Source: an uncultured Acidobacteriota bacterium
GTDB taxonomy: Bacteria; Acidobacteriota; UBA6911; RPQK01; JAPXNP01
Direction of reading: 5' to 3'
DNA length: 64,000 nucleotides
Assembly (NCBI GenBank): GCA_963777605.1
Contig: CAVZRV010000007.1
Coordinates: 512,001-576,000, forward strand
Shown here: positions 40,886 to 52,722 of the stretch, piece by piece
Layout: the number at the start of each line of letters is the position of its first letter
How positions within the stretch are numbered: the stretch's first letter is position 1
Translations under genes and position numbers: made by a program
The notes under the pieces: generated by a model
The model's input: the letters and a program-made list of their open reading frames with translations, nothing else
Database searches by the model: none
What the model was told of the DNA's origin: nothing

Positions 40886-43183
40886 ATGTCCGCTGAAACA
40901 AAGAAGTGTTTCAAATCAGTCCTGATTGTGTGCTCTCTTCTGCTTGGGGCCCTGTTTCCAGCAGGCTGTGCCTCGGAGAGAATTGCCCCCAACTTCCCCG
41001 GGCCGGAGGACGGGCTGAATTTTGACCAGCCTCCCGAAAGCTGGGATGAGGCGATCCCTCTCGGAAACGGAGCGATGGGAGCGCTCGTCTGGGGGGACGG
41101 CCAACCGATTCGGATCTCACTCGACCGGGCCGACCTCTGGGATCTTCGGCCGGTTCCGGAGTTTTCCTCCCCGGAGTATGACTTCGAGACGATGCGCCGG
41201 TGGCATATGGAAGGCCGTACCGACGACCTCATCCGGCTCTACGAGAAACCTTACAACCGGCCCGCCCCGACGAAGATCCCGGCGGGACGAATCGAACTGG
41301 CGCTGGGACCTGCAGCCGGGGACTTCAGGCAGTCGATCCTTTCTCTCGAGGGCGCCGTGGCAACGACCCGGTTTGATTCAGGAGCTGCCGGTCAGTTTGT
41401 GGTCCACGCAAGCAGGCCGCTTGGGATTATCCGGCTCACCGGGGTTGACCCCTCCAGCGTGAAACCGACTCTTGTGGCTCCAGACTTTGCGGGGGAAGTC
41501 CAGAACCTGGCCTCCGGCGGTATCGAAGCTGGCGACCTCGCCCAGCTCGGATACCCGCCGCCGGAACGAAGTGATGGCCCGGGTTGGACCGCGTTTCACC
41601 AGAAAGGTGCCGAGGGGTTTCACTTCGCCATCTACTTCGCCTGGGCCGCTCAGGGAGACGAGTGGCTTGGGCTGTGGAGTATTTCGTCCAGTCTGGAATC
41701 GGACGACCCGGCGGCGAAAGCCAAAGCAACGGTTGTCTCTGCCCTGGGCACGGGCTGGGAAGAGCTTCTCGCCGAACACCGGCAATGGTGGAAAGACTAT
41801 TGGACCCAGTCCACGGTCCGGCTGCCGAATCCCATTTTGGAGAGGCAATGGTTCCTCGAACAGTACAAGTTCGGTGCGGCCAGCCGGAGGACTGCCCCTC
41901 CGATCAGCCTGCAGGCCGTCTGGACCGCCGACAACGGTGGCCTCCCCCCGTGGAAAGGGGACTTTCACCATGACCTCAACACGGAACTGAGCTACTGGCC
42001 CTGCTACAGTGCGAACCGGCTGACCCAGGGCATGACCTACCTCGACTGGCTCTGGAAGATACGCCCTGCCGGCTATGACTGGACGCGGAGGTTCTTTAAG
42101 CTACCGGGCCTCAACGTTCCGATGACCACCGACCTGGAAGGGCACCAGATTGGTGGCTGGCGCCAGTACACCCACTCGGCAACCACGGCCGCCTGGCTCG
42201 CCCATCACTTCTACCTTCACTGGAAGTACAGCCGGGATCGTGCGTTCCTCGAGCAACAGGCTTACCCGTACCTGCGGGATGCGGCCGTCTTTCTCGACGC
42301 CTTTACGTCACACAAAGACGCCAAGGGTTTGCGCACGTTCCCCCTGAGCTCATCCCCTGAAGTCAACGACAACCGTCCAGACGCCTGGTTCCTGGAACCG
42401 ACGAACTATGACGTTGCGCTTGCCCGTTGGCTTTTCGGAGCAACGGCGGAACTGGCGGATGAACTCGGTCTCAGCGGGGAGGGCGACCACTGGAGAGGAG
42501 TCCTGAATGAGCTTCCAGAGTTGGCAGTTGGAGATGAAGGTCTCCTGGTGGCTCCAAACTACCCGCTGAAGGAATCGCACCGCCACTTCTCTCACCTTAT
42601 GGCCATTCATCCCCTGGGCCTCCTGGATTGGTACCGGGACGGACGGGATCGCGAGATTATCGGCAAGTCGCTTGCCTACCTCGACGAACTGGGCACCGAC
42701 TGGTGGACTGGCTACTCCTTTGCGTGGCTGGCCAACCTGGACGCCCGTATTGGGAACGGAGAGGGTGCCCAAAAAGCCCTCGAAATCTTTTCGACCGCGT
42801 TCACTTTGAAAAACAGCTTCCACTGCAACGGGGACCAGTCCGGCAAAGGTTTCAGCCGTTTCACCTATCGTCCATTCACGCTCGAGGGCAATTTCGCTGC
42901 TGCTGCCGGCATCCAGGAAATGCTTCTGCAAAGCCACGGTGGGATCGTCCGCCTCTTCCCGGCCGTGCCGGACTCCTGGAAAAATGTCGAATTCACGACA
43001 ATGCGGGCGGAAGGCGCGTTCCTGATCTCGGCCGAACGCGCCAACGGAGAGGTGACCCGCGTGGAGATTCTCAGCGAGAAAGGAGGGCCGCTGCGGATTG
43101 CATCACCCAAGGGCGGCCCGGACCTGTCTTTTGAGACCAAGCCGGGACAAACCCTGACCTTGACGACGACCGCCTTCGACTAA
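40886..43183 (+). CDS. GH95 family alpha-L-fucosidase/L-galactosidase, lipoprotein
   Basis: WDEAIPLGNG, LQAVW..PWKGDFHHDLNTELSYW, SSPE, HRHFSHL, TLEGNF..EMLLQSH..LFPAVP..W; lipobox PAGC. Confidence 0.88.
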   Translation: MSAETKKCFKSVLIVCSLLLGALFPAGCASERIAPNFPGPEDGLNFDQPPESWDEAIPLGNGAMGALVWGDGQPIRISLDRADLWDLRPVPEFSSPEYDFETMRRWHMEGRTDDLIRLYEKPYNRPAPTKIPAGRIELALGPAAGDFRQSILSLEGAVATTRFDSGAAGQFVVHASRPLGIIRLTGVDPSSVKPTLVAPDFAGEVQNLASGGIEAGDLAQLGYPPPERSDGPGWTAFHQKGAEGFHFAIYFAWAAQGDEWLGLWSISSSLESDDPAAKAKATVVSALGTGWEELLAEHRQWWKDYWTQSTVRLPNPILERQWFLEQYKFGAASRRTAPPISLQAVWTADNGGLPPWKGDFHHDLNTELSYWPCYSANRLTQGMTYLDWLWKIRPAGYDWTRRFFKLPGLNVPMTTDLEGHQIGGWRQYTHSATTAAWLAHHFYLHWKYSRDRAFLEQQAYPYLRDAAVFLDAFTSHKDAKGLRTFPLSSSPEVNDNRPDAWFLEPTNYDVALARWLFGATAELADELGLSGEGDHWRGVLNELPELAVGDEGLLVAPNYPLKESHRHFSHLMAIHPLGLLDWYRDGRDREIIGKSLAYLDELGTDWWTGYSFAWLANLDARIGNGEGAQKALEIFSTAFTLKNSFHCNGDQSGKGFSRFTYRPFTLEGNFAAAAGIQEMLLQSHGGIVRLFPAVPDSWKNVEFTTMRAEGAFLISAERANGEVTRVEILSEKGGPLRIASPKGGPDLSFETKPGQTLTLTTTAFD

Positions 43184-43201
43184 TCTGCGCTCGCCCTCCC
43201 C

Positions 43202-46200
43202 TCATTCCGCAACGGTGGGAGGGTTGCCCTCGGACGCTTCCCCGTGCTGATCGGCAGGCGCCCCGTGGATCCACTCCCGCATAGTCTGAGTGACCACGAA
43301 GAAGGACGGGATCAAGAGGATTGCCAGAACGGTCGCAGCGATCATCCCGCCGAACACCGTGGTCCCCAAAGATCGTCGGGCCACCGAACCGGCGCCCGAA
43401 GCCCAGACCAGCGGAGTGACGCCGAGGACGAAAGTCAGCGCGGTCATCATGACCGCCCGGAATCGGAGTCTCGCGGCTTCGACGGCCGCCTCAACGATCG
43501 AGAGTCGCTTCCGTTCCCGCAAGACTTTGGCAAACTCGACGATCAGGATCGCGTTCTTTGCCGAGAGACCAACCAGCATGACGAGACCGACCTGCGCATA
43601 GAGATCGAGATTGAGGCGCGCGACGATCAACCCAACCAGCGCGCCCAGGACCGAGACCGGGACCGAGAGCATGACCGCCGTTGGCACCGTCCAGCTTTCG
43701 TATTGGGCGACCAGAAAGAGGTAGGAAAAGACCAGCGCCAAACCAAACAGGATGGGCCCCTGGGATCCCGCCGACTGCTCCTGATAGGCCATTCCCGACC
43801 ACTCAACCTGCATCCCTCGGGGAAGGACCCGGGCGGCAATCTCTTTTACGGCTGCCATTGCTTCGCTCGAACTTCGGCCGGGAGCAGGCTCTCCGTTGAT
43901 GGTGATCGCCCGAAACATGTTGAACCGGCTAATCGATTCCGGTCCCGTGCGCGGCTCCAGGCTGACCAGAGTGTTGAGCGGAATCATGTCACCCGAGTTG
44001 CTCTTGACGTAGAGCCGGCCGATGTCTTCAAGATTGCTCCGGTAAGGCAGTCCCGCCTGGACGATCACCCGGAATACTCGCCCGAACTTGTTGAAATCAT
44101 TGACATAGACCGACCCCAACTGGGTCTGGAGGGTACGAAAGATGTCTCCGACGGGCACGCCGAGCGCCTGGGCCTGCTTCCGGTCCACATTCAGGCGAAG
44201 CTGGGGAACGCTCGACAGGTAGGTGCTGAACATGTTTCGAATACGGGGGTCCTGGTTGCCGGCGACAACCAGGGCGCGCATCGCCTGGGCCAGAGTCTGG
44301 GGGTCGCCTCCGCCGAGATCCTCGAGCTGCATCTCGAAGCCGGCAGTCTGCCCCAGGCCGCGGATCGGAGGAGTCTGGTAGGCAAACATGACCGCTCCCT
44401 GGATTTGTCCCACCTTTTCCCGGATCTGGCGCAGGATGTTGTTGATGGACAAGTCGGGTGTTGTTCGCTTGCCCCAGTCGTCCAGGCCAATGATGATTCG
44501 GGCCGAGTTGGCTCCCCCGGAACCGCCGATCGTGTTGATCCGGAAAACCCCCGGAATAGGCAGGATCGCTTTTTCGACCTGCTGCGTGACCTGTGAGGTC
44601 CGCGCGAGAGAGGCACCGTCCGGCAGAAGGACGTTGGAGAAAACCACCCCCTGGTCTTCCGTGGGGAGGAATCCCTTCGGCATATCCACGTAGAGCCGGT
44701 ACACCACGCCGACGACGATACAGAACAGGAGGAAGGGCAATACGAGGTAGCGCGCCAGAAAGCGCACGTTGAACCGGTACCCGCGCGTCATGAAACCGAA
44801 CAGGACGTTGAACCAGCGCAGGAAGAAGATCGGCCGCGGGGGAGTTCTCCTCAGCAGGTGGGCACAGAGGGCAGGGCTCAGACTCAACGCCACAAAAGCT
44901 GAAATAGTGAATGAAATAACGATCGTGACCGCGAACTGTCGGTACAGCTCGCCGGTAATGCCGGGAGTGAAAGCGACCGGGACAAAGACGGCGGCAAGGA
45001 CCAGGGCTGATGCGATGATCGGCCCGGTGACCTCTCCCATTGCCACGATGGCCGCATCCCTTCGCCTGAGCCCATCTTCGAGGTGGCGCTGAACGTTCTC
45101 AATAACGATGATCGCATCATCGACAACCAACCCGATTGCCAGGACCAGCCCGAACAGCGTCAGTGAGTTTATCGAGTATCCCAACAAGTTCAGGAATGCG
45201 AACGTACCGATCAAAGAAACCGGAATGGCCGCCGTCGGCACGAGAGTCGCCCTCCAGTCCTGGAGAAAGACGAAGACCACCAGCACGACAAGACCGAGAG
45301 CGATAAACAGGGTTCGTACGAGCTCGCGCAGCGATTCGGTGATGTAGAGAGTTTCATCCCGAACGATCGAGTAGTCTACGTCGTCGGGGAACTGGGTCGC
45401 CAGCTTCTCGAGGGAGGCCCTGACTCCCTGCGCCACGTCGAGAGCATTGGCCTCGGGCAACTGGAAGATCCCAAAGACCACGCTCGGTTTCCCGTTCAGA
45501 CGACCGAAGGAATTGTAGCTCTGCGCCCCCAATTCGACCTGGGCCAGGTCGGAAATTCGCACCATTGAACCGTTCTGGTTTGCCCGAACGATGATGTCTC
45601 CGAATTCCGACTCTTCGGTCAGCCGGCCCTTGGATAGGATGGAGTACTGAAATTGCTGGTCGGGAGAAGAAGGGGCAGCCCCAATCTCGCCGGCAGCCGC
45701 CTGGATGTTCTGGTCCCGAATCGCCTGCACGACATCCGACGTACCGATTCCAAGACTGGTCATGCGATCGGGATCGAGCCAGATCCTCATCCCGTAGTCG
45801 CGGGCCGTAAAAATGTTGACCTCCCCCACTCCGGAGACCCGGGAGAGGGCATCCTTGAGGTAGATTCCCGCATAGTTGCCCAGGAAGATATCGTCATAGG
45901 TCCCGTTGGGAGAGTAGAGGTTGATCACCATCAGCATGGTGGTCGACATCTTCCTCACCGAAACCCCTCTCTGGACTACTTCGCCCGGGAGTTGAGGAGT
46001 GGCCAGCGCCACCCGGTTCTGAACATTGACCGCCGCGATATCGGGATCAGTCCCGACATCAAATGTGACCGTCAGGTTGTAACCGCCACCGTTCGAACTG
46101 GTCGAAGTCATGTAGATCATGTCTTCGACGCCATTCACCTGCTGCTCGATCGGTGCGGCTACGGTGGCCTCGACCACTTCGGCGCTGGCACCCGGGTAGA

Positions 46201-46345
46201 CCGCCTGGATCCGCACCTGGGGCGGGGTAATTTCCGGGTACATGGAGATCGGCAACTGGGTGATGCTGATCGCCCCGGCCATGACAATGACCAGAGAGAT
46301 CACGATGGCGAATTTGGGTCGGTCGATGAAAAATCTACTTAGCAC
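43202..46345 (-). CDS. RND efflux permease (HAE1/AcrB family)
   Basis: [57 protein letters not shown]. Confidence 0.96.
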   Translation of the reverse strand: MLSRFFIDRPKFAIVISLVIVMAGAISITQLPISMYPEITPPQVRIQAVYPGASAEVVEATVAAPIEQQVNGVEDMIYMTSTSSNGGGYNLTVTFDVGTDPDIAAVNVQNRVALATPQLPGEVVQRGVSVRKMSTTMLMVINLYSPNGTYDDIFLGNYAGIYLKDALSRVSGVGEVNIFTARDYGMRIWLDPDRMTSLGIGTSDVVQAIRDQNIQAAAGEIGAAPSSPDQQFQYSILSKGRLTEESEFGDIIVRANQNGSMVRISDLAQVELGAQSYNSFGRLNGKPSVVFGIFQLPEANALDVAQGVRASLEKLATQFPDDVDYSIVRDETLYITESLRELVRTLFIALGLVVLVVFVFLQDWRATLVPTAAIPVSLIGTFAFLNLLGYSINSLTLFGLVLAIGLVVDDAIIVIENVQRHLEDGLRRRDAAIVAMGEVTGPIIASALVLAAVFVPVAFTPGITGELYRQFAVTIVISFTISAFVALSLSPALCAHLLRRTPPRPIFFLRWFNVLFGFMTRGYRFNVRFLARYLVLPFLLFCIVVGVVYRLYVDMPKGFLPTEDQGVVFSNVLLPDGASLARTSQVTQQVEKAILPIPGVFRINTIGGSGGANSARIIIGLDDWGKRTTPDLSINNILRQIREKVGQIQGAVMFAYQTPPIRGLGQTAGFEMQLEDLGGGDPQTLAQAMRALVVAGNQDPRIRNMFSTYLSSVPQLRLNVDRKQAQALGVPVGDIFRTLQTQLGSVYVNDFNKFGRVFRVIVQAGLPYRSNLEDIGRLYVKSNSGDMIPLNTLVSLEPRTGPESISRFNMFRAITINGEPAPGRSSSEAMAAVKEIAARVLPRGMQVEWSGMAYQEQSAGSQGPILFGLALVFSYLFLVAQYESWTVPTAVMLSVPVSVLGALVGLIVARLNLDLYAQVGLVMLVGLSAKNAILIVEFAKVLRERKRLSIVEAAVEAARLRFRAVMMTALTFVLGVTPLVWASGAGSVARRSLGTTVFGGMIAATVLAILLIPSFFVVTQTMREWIHGAPADQHGEASEGNPPTVAE

Positions 46346-47558
46346 CGGATCGACCCTCCGGCCCCTGGCTCGCGTCCTGAAGTGACGGAACGACCTCTGC
46401 ACCCGCCGTCACTTTTTGAATCCCCTCCGAGATGACCCATTCCCCCGAAGACAGGCCATCCGTGACAATCCAGCCGGTTCCGAATTCATTCCCCAGGGAG
46501 ATCCGCCGAATCTCGGCGACCTTCTTGTTCGGATCGACGGTGAATACGTAAGGGCCGACCTGGTCACGCTGGACCGAAGACTGCGGCACCACCAGTCGCT
46601 CCACGGTGGCCCGTTCGGACTGGATCACCGTCACGAACTGGCCCGGCCGGAGCAGCAGCCTGGGGTTGGGGAAGGTGGCCCGAAGCATGATGGTTCCGGT
46701 CGCCTTGTCCACCCGGTTATCCTGAAAATCGATCTTCCCGGGGTGGGGATAGACGGAGTCGTCAACCAGTCGGATCGTTGGCACCAGGGCCGACAGGGTG
46801 GGATTGCCTCCACTCTTCCTCTGAAGTTCGAGATAGTCCCGGTCGCTGACGGGGAAAGAAACCCAAATCGGATTGAGCTGGACAATCGTCGCCAGGACTC
46901 CACTGTCCGGGCCGACCAGGTTTCCCACGTGGACCGAAGTGCGCCCAATTCTCCCGCTGATCGGGGCCCGGATTTCGGTGTAACCCAGGTTCAGTCGGGA
47001 CTGAGTCAGCTGGGCACGGCGTTCCTTCAGAAGTGCTCTGGTTTCGAGAACGGTCCTTTCGGCAGTATCCAGGGCGGCCTCCGAAGCCCCCCCGGAACCG
47101 GCAACCCGGTTGACCCGTGCCAAATACTTCTCGGCATTGGCCAAAGTGGCCTCCGTCTGCGCGACGGCCGCTTCAGCCACGGCAAGCGCGGCCTGGTAGG
47201 GTTCCTGCTCGATCACGTACAGGAGATCCCCCTCCCGCACATCGCGGCCCTCTACGAAACTGCGCTGCATCAGGAAACCGGTAACCCGGGCCCGCAGGTC
47301 GACAACAGAGACGGCTTCGGTCCTACCGATGTACTTAGAGCTTTCGGCAACCGCCACTTCACCGACCGGCGTGACGGTCACGGCAGGTGGGGGAGCGGGA
47401 GGAGGGCCTTCCTCCTCGTTGCGAGAGGCACACCCGGGAAACAGTAATCCGACGACCACCAAACCGAGTGCAGTTAGCCTCCGGGGCCGGCGGAATGCCG
47501 AAAAACACCGATTCAGTGGTCCGTTCCCGAAATAGCGTAACAATCGTTTATCGGTCAT
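46335..47558 (-). CDS. RND efflux periplasmic adaptor (MFP)
   Basis: Lipobox [41 protein letters not shown]. Confidence 0.95.
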   Translation of the reverse strand: MTDKRLLRYFGNGPLNRCFSAFRRPRRLTALGLVVVGLLFPGCASRNEEEGPPPAPPPAVTVTPVGEVAVAESSKYIGRTEAVSVVDLRARVTGFLMQRSFVEGRDVREGDLLYVIEQEPYQAALAVAEAAVAQTEATLANAEKYLARVNRVAGSGGASEAALDTAERTVLETRALLKERRAQLTQSRLNLGYTEIRAPISGRIGRTSVHVGNLVGPDSGVLATIVQLNPIWVSFPVSDRDYLELQRKSGGNPTLSALVPTIRLVDDSVYPHPGKIDFQDNRVDKATGTIMLRATFPNPRLLLRPGQFVTVIQSERATVERLVVPQSSVQRDQVGPYVFTVDPNKKVAEIRRISLGNEFGTGWIVTDGLSSGEWVISEGIQKVTAGAEVVPSLQDASQGPEGRSGAK

Positions 47559-49054
47559 TGAACCGACCCACCATCGGTCGTCTGTTTCGAAGCGTTCTGC
47601 TGTCCAGGAACTGCAGAAGGAGGAACCGGAATCCAGCCGCCACCGAGAGCCTTGTAAAGCCGGATCAGATCCGAGGTCACGGCGGCACTGTTTTGTGCCA
47701 GCTGATCCTGAAAAGAGAGCACAGCGCGCTGGGATTCCAAGACAGGCTGAAAATCGACCAGTCCGGCTCCGTAGGTCTCCTGAACGAGGTTCAAGGCCCG
47801 CTCGGCAGCGGCGGATCCTTCTTCCAGAGAGCGCCGCCTGACCTGATCATCCCCGTAGGAAACAAGGCTGTTTTCGACTTCTCCGAGGGCCGAAAGAATG
47901 GCCGACTCATAGTCGATCAGGGCCTGTTCCTGGAGCGCGTTTTGGACCTCTATGTTCTGCCGAATTCGATTGGCATCGAAAATCGTGTAAAAGGCACTTC
48001 CGGCAAACGACCCGATCAGGTTGCCGAGCGAAAGGGGATTTCCCTTTGTGATGGTCTCGTAGCCGATCGTCCCGGAAAGGGCGAAGCTCGGGTATCGGTC
48101 AGCGGTGGCGACTCCGATCGCGGCTGTCCGGGCTGCCAGAACCCGTTCAGCGTGGCGGATGTCAGGCCGGCGACGCAGTGTCTCGGCGGGAACTCCAACA
48201 ACGATCGTCGGAGGTCCAATTGGAACTTTTTCGGTCTCCTGGAGTTCGTCCGACAGCTCGCCGGGATTCTCGCCGATGAGCACCGCCAGTCGGTTCTTGG
48301 CCTGTTCGAGGAGAATTCTCAGCGTAGGAATCCGGGACCGGGTGTCGGCCACGCTGTACTGGGCCTGATCCACATCGAGCCGCGTCGTAAGGCCGGCCGA
48401 GAAGATATCCTGGGCCAGCCCGAGACTATGCTCCTGAATTTCCAGGTTGCGCTGGGCGATTTCGAGCTGGTTCTGATACTGGCGAACTTCGACGTAGTTC
48501 AGAGCGACCTCGGCCAGGAGACTCACCAGAATATCTCTGAGGGATTCTCCGGCGGCATCGAGGTTGGCTTCGGCGAGTTCGATCGAGCGTTTGACCCGTC
48601 CAAATACATCGACCTCCCATCCGGCATCGAAACCGACGCCGAAGAGCCCTCCGTTGGCGGCATTTCCCTTGCGATCAGAAGCGCGTTGGAAAGCCATTAC
48701 GCCCGACGAAGTCACGGTCGGGAAACGATCAGCCTCGACAACTCCCCGCCGGGCCCGAGCTTCCCTGAGGACCGCCTCGGCCTTCCGCAGGCCGAGGTTG
48801 CCGGCGACGGCACGTTTGATCAGGCTGTCCAGAACCGGGTCGTTGAAGGTGTCCCACCAATGGTCCAGCGAGTCGTCGGACGACGCATCGAAGGCGATTC
48901 CTTCAGGTGTCTGGGCATGCCACTTGGGCGGAGGAACGATTTCCGGCTGCTTGTAGTCAGGACCAACCGTTCGACAACCCAACCAGCCAAACACAAGCGT
49001 GCAGACGAGGAGTACGAGCAACCGCTCCGGTCGTTGCAGCACCCTGCGCCCCAT
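47555..49054 (-). CDS. Outer membrane efflux lipoprotein (NodT/OprM family)
   Basis: GCRTVGPDY, WWDTFNDPVL, WEVDVFG, LRRRPDIR, LYKALGGGW. Confidence 0.95.
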   Translation of the reverse strand: MGRRVLQRPERLLVLLVCTLVFGWLGCRTVGPDYKQPEIVPPPKWHAQTPEGIAFDASSDDSLDHWWDTFNDPVLDSLIKRAVAGNLGLRKAEAVLREARARRGVVEADRFPTVTSSGVMAFQRASDRKGNAANGGLFGVGFDAGWEVDVFGRVKRSIELAEANLDAAGESLRDILVSLLAEVALNYVEVRQYQNQLEIAQRNLEIQEHSLGLAQDIFSAGLTTRLDVDQAQYSVADTRSRIPTLRILLEQAKNRLAVLIGENPGELSDELQETEKVPIGPPTIVVGVPAETLRRRPDIRHAERVLAARTAAIGVATADRYPSFALSGTIGYETITKGNPLSLGNLIGSFAGSAFYTIFDANRIRQNIEVQNALQEQALIDYESAILSALGEVENSLVSYGDDQVRRRSLEEGSAAAERALNLVQETYGAGLVDFQPVLESQRAVLSFQDQLAQNSAAVTSDLIRLYKALGGGWIPVPPSAVPGQQNASKQTTDGGSVQ

Positions 49055-49255
49055 AGTTAAAACCTACCCCCACACGACATTGAATCTTCTTCCCAGTCAC
49101 TCGGCCCTGTGAGCATCAAAGATACAGCAATCCCAGCCCCAGGATCACTTAAGGAATACTCTCGAGAAGCCCTCAGCGTTACGGCAAACTGAGCAAGATC
49201 CTTCGGCGATCACGATCCGGTTCCGGAAGGCCCGGAACCACACCCGGACCGAAGT

Positions 49256-50413
49256 CTACCGGGTTTCTCCCGGGACGGCATTTCCAGCATACCCGTCCGA
49301 GAGAGTCCTGAGGAACGCAACGATATCGAGGACTTCCTGCTCGGAAAGTCCCAGGTCGCCCAGTTCGAAGTGATTCACGTTATCGGCCACCTCGGGGACG
49401 GGCCACGCAGCGACGTCCCGAGTGTTGTAAAACGCCACCACCTCGTGCAGAGTCTTGAAGAGCCCGTTGTGCATATAGGGACCAGTCTCCGCAACGTTTC
49501 GCAATGTGGGAACGCGGAATTTGCCGTTCTCCTCCGACTTTTCGACAACAACCCCCAGCCCCAGGTCTGTCCACTGCAAGCCTTCAGGATTCAGTTCAGG
49601 GCTGAGGTAATAGAAGGGATTCTCCGGGTTCCGCGGCACTCCCAAGTTGTCGTAAGTGTGGTCCGAGAAGAGTGGAGGCGTGCCGTCAGCCGCGGGTCGG
49701 GTCGGGTGACAGGATGCACAATTTCCCTTTCCCGGATCCTCGAAGAGTGCCAACCCGCGAAGTTCAGCATCAGAGAGTTCGGCCTTACCGTGCAGGTAGA
49801 GGTCATACTTGGAGCTGAACTGGTTGACCTCGCGAGATGATTCCCAGGCCGCGATAGCCTCCGCCATGTGGCGAAACGCCTGCTCCGGGTCGTCGAGCGC
49901 ATCCTTGCCGAAGACCGTCCGAAACTGCTCGGCGTAGCTTGCCCGGCGCAGGGATCCCACAACAGTTGCCACATCCGGATTGGCCATCTCGAGAGGATTC
50001 AGGGGAGGGCCCTGGGCCTGCGCCACGAGATCGGCGGCACGACCGTCCCAAAACAGCCCTCCAACGTATCCCCCCTGTGACTCATCGTAATGGAGTGGGG
50101 GTATGTACGAGGCATAAGCGGCAGTGAGATCATTTCTGCCCCCAAACCGGTCGGGGTGCACGCCCTGGGAGACCGGAAGCTCCCGTACCGGGTTGGAAAA
50201 TCCCGCATCCGGCGAGTGGCAGTCGGCACACGCCTGACCGGCCGGCGTGGAAAGACCGGGGTCAAAGAAGAGTTGCTTCCCCAACGCTTCGATCGCCGTC
50301 AATTGAAACACCGGCTGCGCAGGCTCCACCTTTTGTGGAACGGAGCAGGACGTCGCCGACAACAATCCCAAGAGTGCTATCGAGAGCACGAAAAGTACCC
50401 TGTGCATTGGCAT
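49256..50413 (-). CDS. Di-heme cytochrome c peroxidase/MauG family
   Basis: LGKQLFFD, CADCH, FWDGRA, NPLEM, CASCH, FRVPTLRN, PYMHNG. Confidence 0.93.
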   Translation of the reverse strand: MPMHRVLFVLSIALLGLLSATSCSVPQKVEPAQPVFQLTAIEALGKQLFFDPGLSTPAGQACADCHSPDAGFSNPVRELPVSQGVHPDRFGGRNDLTAAYASYIPPLHYDESQGGYVGGLFWDGRAADLVAQAQGPPLNPLEMANPDVATVVGSLRRASYAEQFRTVFGKDALDDPEQAFRHMAEAIAAWESSREVNQFSSKYDLYLHGKAELSDAELRGLALFEDPGKGNCASCHPTRPAADGTPPLFSDHTYDNLGVPRNPENPFYYLSPELNPEGLQWTDLGLGVVVEKSEENGKFRVPTLRNVAETGPYMHNGLFKTLHEVVAFYNTRDVAAWPVPEVADNVNHFELGDLGLSEQEVLDIVAFLRTLSDGYAGNAVPGETR

Positions 50414-50508
50414 TGAGAGGCCTCCCACCGCTCGATTCTACGTCCCGGCCGGCCCGGCATCCAGCCAATTCCACAGTTGCAGGCCCGATGGCACGGTGAC
50501 CAAAACCG

Positions 50509-51351
50509 TCAGGAGTGGAGCTTCCGGAATTCTGCCAGGCAACGCTTCGAGGTTTCCAGGGACGGAAACCTCGAGCCCTCCTGTTCGACCAGGTAGTACT
50601 CGACGCCGCCTGCGCGCTCCGCAGCCGCGAAAATCCGCTTCCACGGTGCCGCTCCTTCGCCGAGCAGGACCTCGTATCCCTTCCCCGGTTCAGGAGACCA
50701 GTCTTTGCAGTGAATCGAGCGAAGCCGCCCCGGGTTCCGCTCGATCCAGGCAACAGGATCCCGGCCCGCCTTCAGGCAGGTCCCCACGTCGAGTTGCAGG
50801 ACGACCTCGGGCCTCGTGTTGGCTGCAAGGACTTCTAGCGGGAGCTTCCCCTCAACGGGTGTGAACTCGGCTTCATGATTGTGAAAGCCGGCACTGATCC
50901 CGGCCGGCTTCATCCTGGCCGCACCGTCGTTGAGCAGATCGGCGACCTTCTTCCACCCATCCAGTCCTTCCACCCGCCCGGCGCTTGCCATCACGATCAT
51001 CCGGCTTCCGATGATTTGATTGAGCTCGATCGCCTTGTCAATATTCTCGGGGCGGAAATTGGCACTGTCGTTGTGAGTCGAAAAACAGGCGATACCGAGA
51101 TCATCCAGGTGCTTCCTGACCTTCCTGGCGTAGTCGGTTGTCCATTCGAAGTAGGGGCCGTAAAACTCAACCCCATGGTAGCCCATTTCGGCAACAGCCC
51201 GAACCGTTCCCATCAGGTCCTTTTGCAGTTCGTCTCTGACCGAATAGAGTTCCAGGCCGACTGGAACCGCACTCCCTTTCACCGCGCCAACCAGAAGCGG
51301 GCTCAGCGCGACGGATGCGACAAACGAGCGACGCGAAATCTGACTCTTCAT
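50509..51351 (-). CDS. Tat-exported sugar phosphate isomerase/epimerase (IolE/XylA-like TIM barrel)
   Basis: SRRSFV Tat motif; LYSVR, GVEF, FHNH, QLDVG, HCKD, VEQE. Confidence 0.88.
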   Translation of the reverse strand: MKSQISRRSFVASVALSPLLVGAVKGSAVPVGLELYSVRDELQKDLMGTVRAVAEMGYHGVEFYGPYFEWTTDYARKVRKHLDDLGIACFSTHNDSANFRPENIDKAIELNQIIGSRMIVMASAGRVEGLDGWKKVADLLNDGAARMKPAGISAGFHNHEAEFTPVEGKLPLEVLAANTRPEVVLQLDVGTCLKAGRDPVAWIERNPGRLRSIHCKDWSPEPGKGYEVLLGEGAAPWKRIFAAAERAGGVEYYLVEQEGSRFPSLETSKRCLAEFRKLHS

Positions 51352-51378
51352 AACCTTGGAAAATACCACAGTCCCGGT

Positions 51379-52722
51379 TCATTCGGAGAGCAGGACTACG
51401 ACTCCGCCTTCAGTTGGTCCCCCCAGGATTCCACTCAGACCGCTGGTCAGATCCTCCTCCCGAAATGATGGAAATGCCTCGAGGATCAACTTCAATCTGC
51501 GGGCTCCGTCTCCCTGAAGGCTATGCCAGTTCAGTGGAGGGCCGCCATTGATCGGAACCCGCTGCCTTGTTTCGACACCGTGTCCGAACCGGTAACTCAG
51601 GACCTCCAGTTCCGAATCCTCCTCGTCCCAGACGATCAGATTCCAAAACTTGAAGTGAAACACTTCGCCCGCTTTTCCGAAACCGGCGCCACCGTTACGG
51701 ATTTCCTCCTCGATCAGGCGGAGGGCTGCGGACGCCGTCACGGCCGAATCCATCTCCCCCGACTCCAGCACCCGTCCCATTGCGATCCGGACCATGCCTT
51801 CTACGTTCCACAGTCCAAGAAAGTCTCCGTTCGGCTGCCCGCCGAATCGCATCGCCAGAAGTCTGAACTTGCCCAGGCGTGCCATTCCCGGCTTCCAAAG
51901 AGACTCTCCAAAGCGGGCTGCGAGATCGGTCGGCTTGCGAAATTGCTCTGCCTCGATGACCGCCCTTTTCATCCTGAGGAGAGTCTCTTCAAGAAGACTG
52001 GTCATGGTGTTGAATGTGTTCCCCAGATCGTTGAACTCACCGAGTAACCCGGGCTCCACCCGGCGGCTGTAGCGTCCCTCCGCCACAAATCGGGTCGCCT
52101 CCCTGAGGTCTTTTACCGAGCCGGCAATCATTCTCCCAGTCAACCCCGTTGCCAACAACCCCAGGAGGAGGGTGACACCAAACAACGCAGCGCTTCCGTA
52201 CAAGACGGCGCGTCGGGATTGCAGCACCCAGGATCCGTCAAGTTCGAGTTCCATCAGCGCGAACGGGCCCGCGGGCGTCACCAAAGGTACCAGCGCAACG
52301 ATCCTTCCGTCCTCGTCCGTCCCCTGTTGCTCCGGCATTGAAAAGAGAACATTCTCCCGTGCTCGGAGCGGCCGCCCATCGAATTTCTGGCGAACTGCGG
52401 TGACACGAGGTTCGCCAAGAGTCCAGAGAGGGGCACCATCCGTAACATCCTTGATCGAAACACTGCCGATCGGATTTGCCACCAGTACGCGTTTCACCGA
52501 GGTGACGAAGGAGAATCGCGAACGGTCCCCCGCCGCCAGCTCCTGCCTCACCCGATCGGAACTGAGAAACTCGGCCAGTGCAACGGCGGTCCCGTAGACT
52601 TCTTCCTGACAGGCGAACTCAATTTCATCCCGACGAGTGACATAGTTGAGCGTAGCCAGAACGGCCCCCAGGAAGATGAAAACCGGCATCAGTGTCAAGA
52701 TGATCTGAAGCCGAATCTTCAA
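51379..52722 (-). CDS. Membrane sensor: TM-periplasmic domain-TM-HAMP + degenerate PP2C/SpoIIE-like domain
   Basis: Two TMs, HAMP (VKDLREATRFVAEG..GEFNDLGNTFNTM), C-terminal PNGDFLGLW..RIAMGRV..SAVTASAA. Confidence 0.72.
   Translation of the reverse strand: MKIRLQIILTLMPVFIFLGAVLATLNYVTRRDEIEFACQEEVYGTAVALAEFLSSDRVRQELAAGDRSRFSFVTSVKRVLVANPIGSVSIKDVTDGAPLWTLGEPRVTAVRQKFDGRPLRARENVLFSMPEQQGTDEDGRIVALVPLVTPAGPFALMELELDGSWVLQSRRAVLYGSAALFGVTLLLGLLATGLTGRMIAGSVKDLREATRFVAEGRYSRRVEPGLLGEFNDLGNTFNTMTSLLEETLLRMKRAVIEAEQFRKPTDLAARFGESLWKPGMARLGKFRLLAMRFGGQPNGDFLGLWNVEGMVRIAMGRVLESGEMDSAVTASAALRLIEEEIRNGGAGFGKAGEVFHFKFWNLIVWDEEDSELEVLSYRFGHGVETRQRVPINGGPPLNWHSLQGDGARRLKLILEAFPSFREEDLTSGLSGILGGPTEGGVVVLLSE

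Noticed and set aside
47387-49060. 557-aa plus-strand ORF, and similar long ORFs at 43244-44596, 39244-40545, 36662-37942 and 30975-32372
   Set aside because: Antisense shadows of well-supported genes, expected in high-GC DNA; no recognisable motifs
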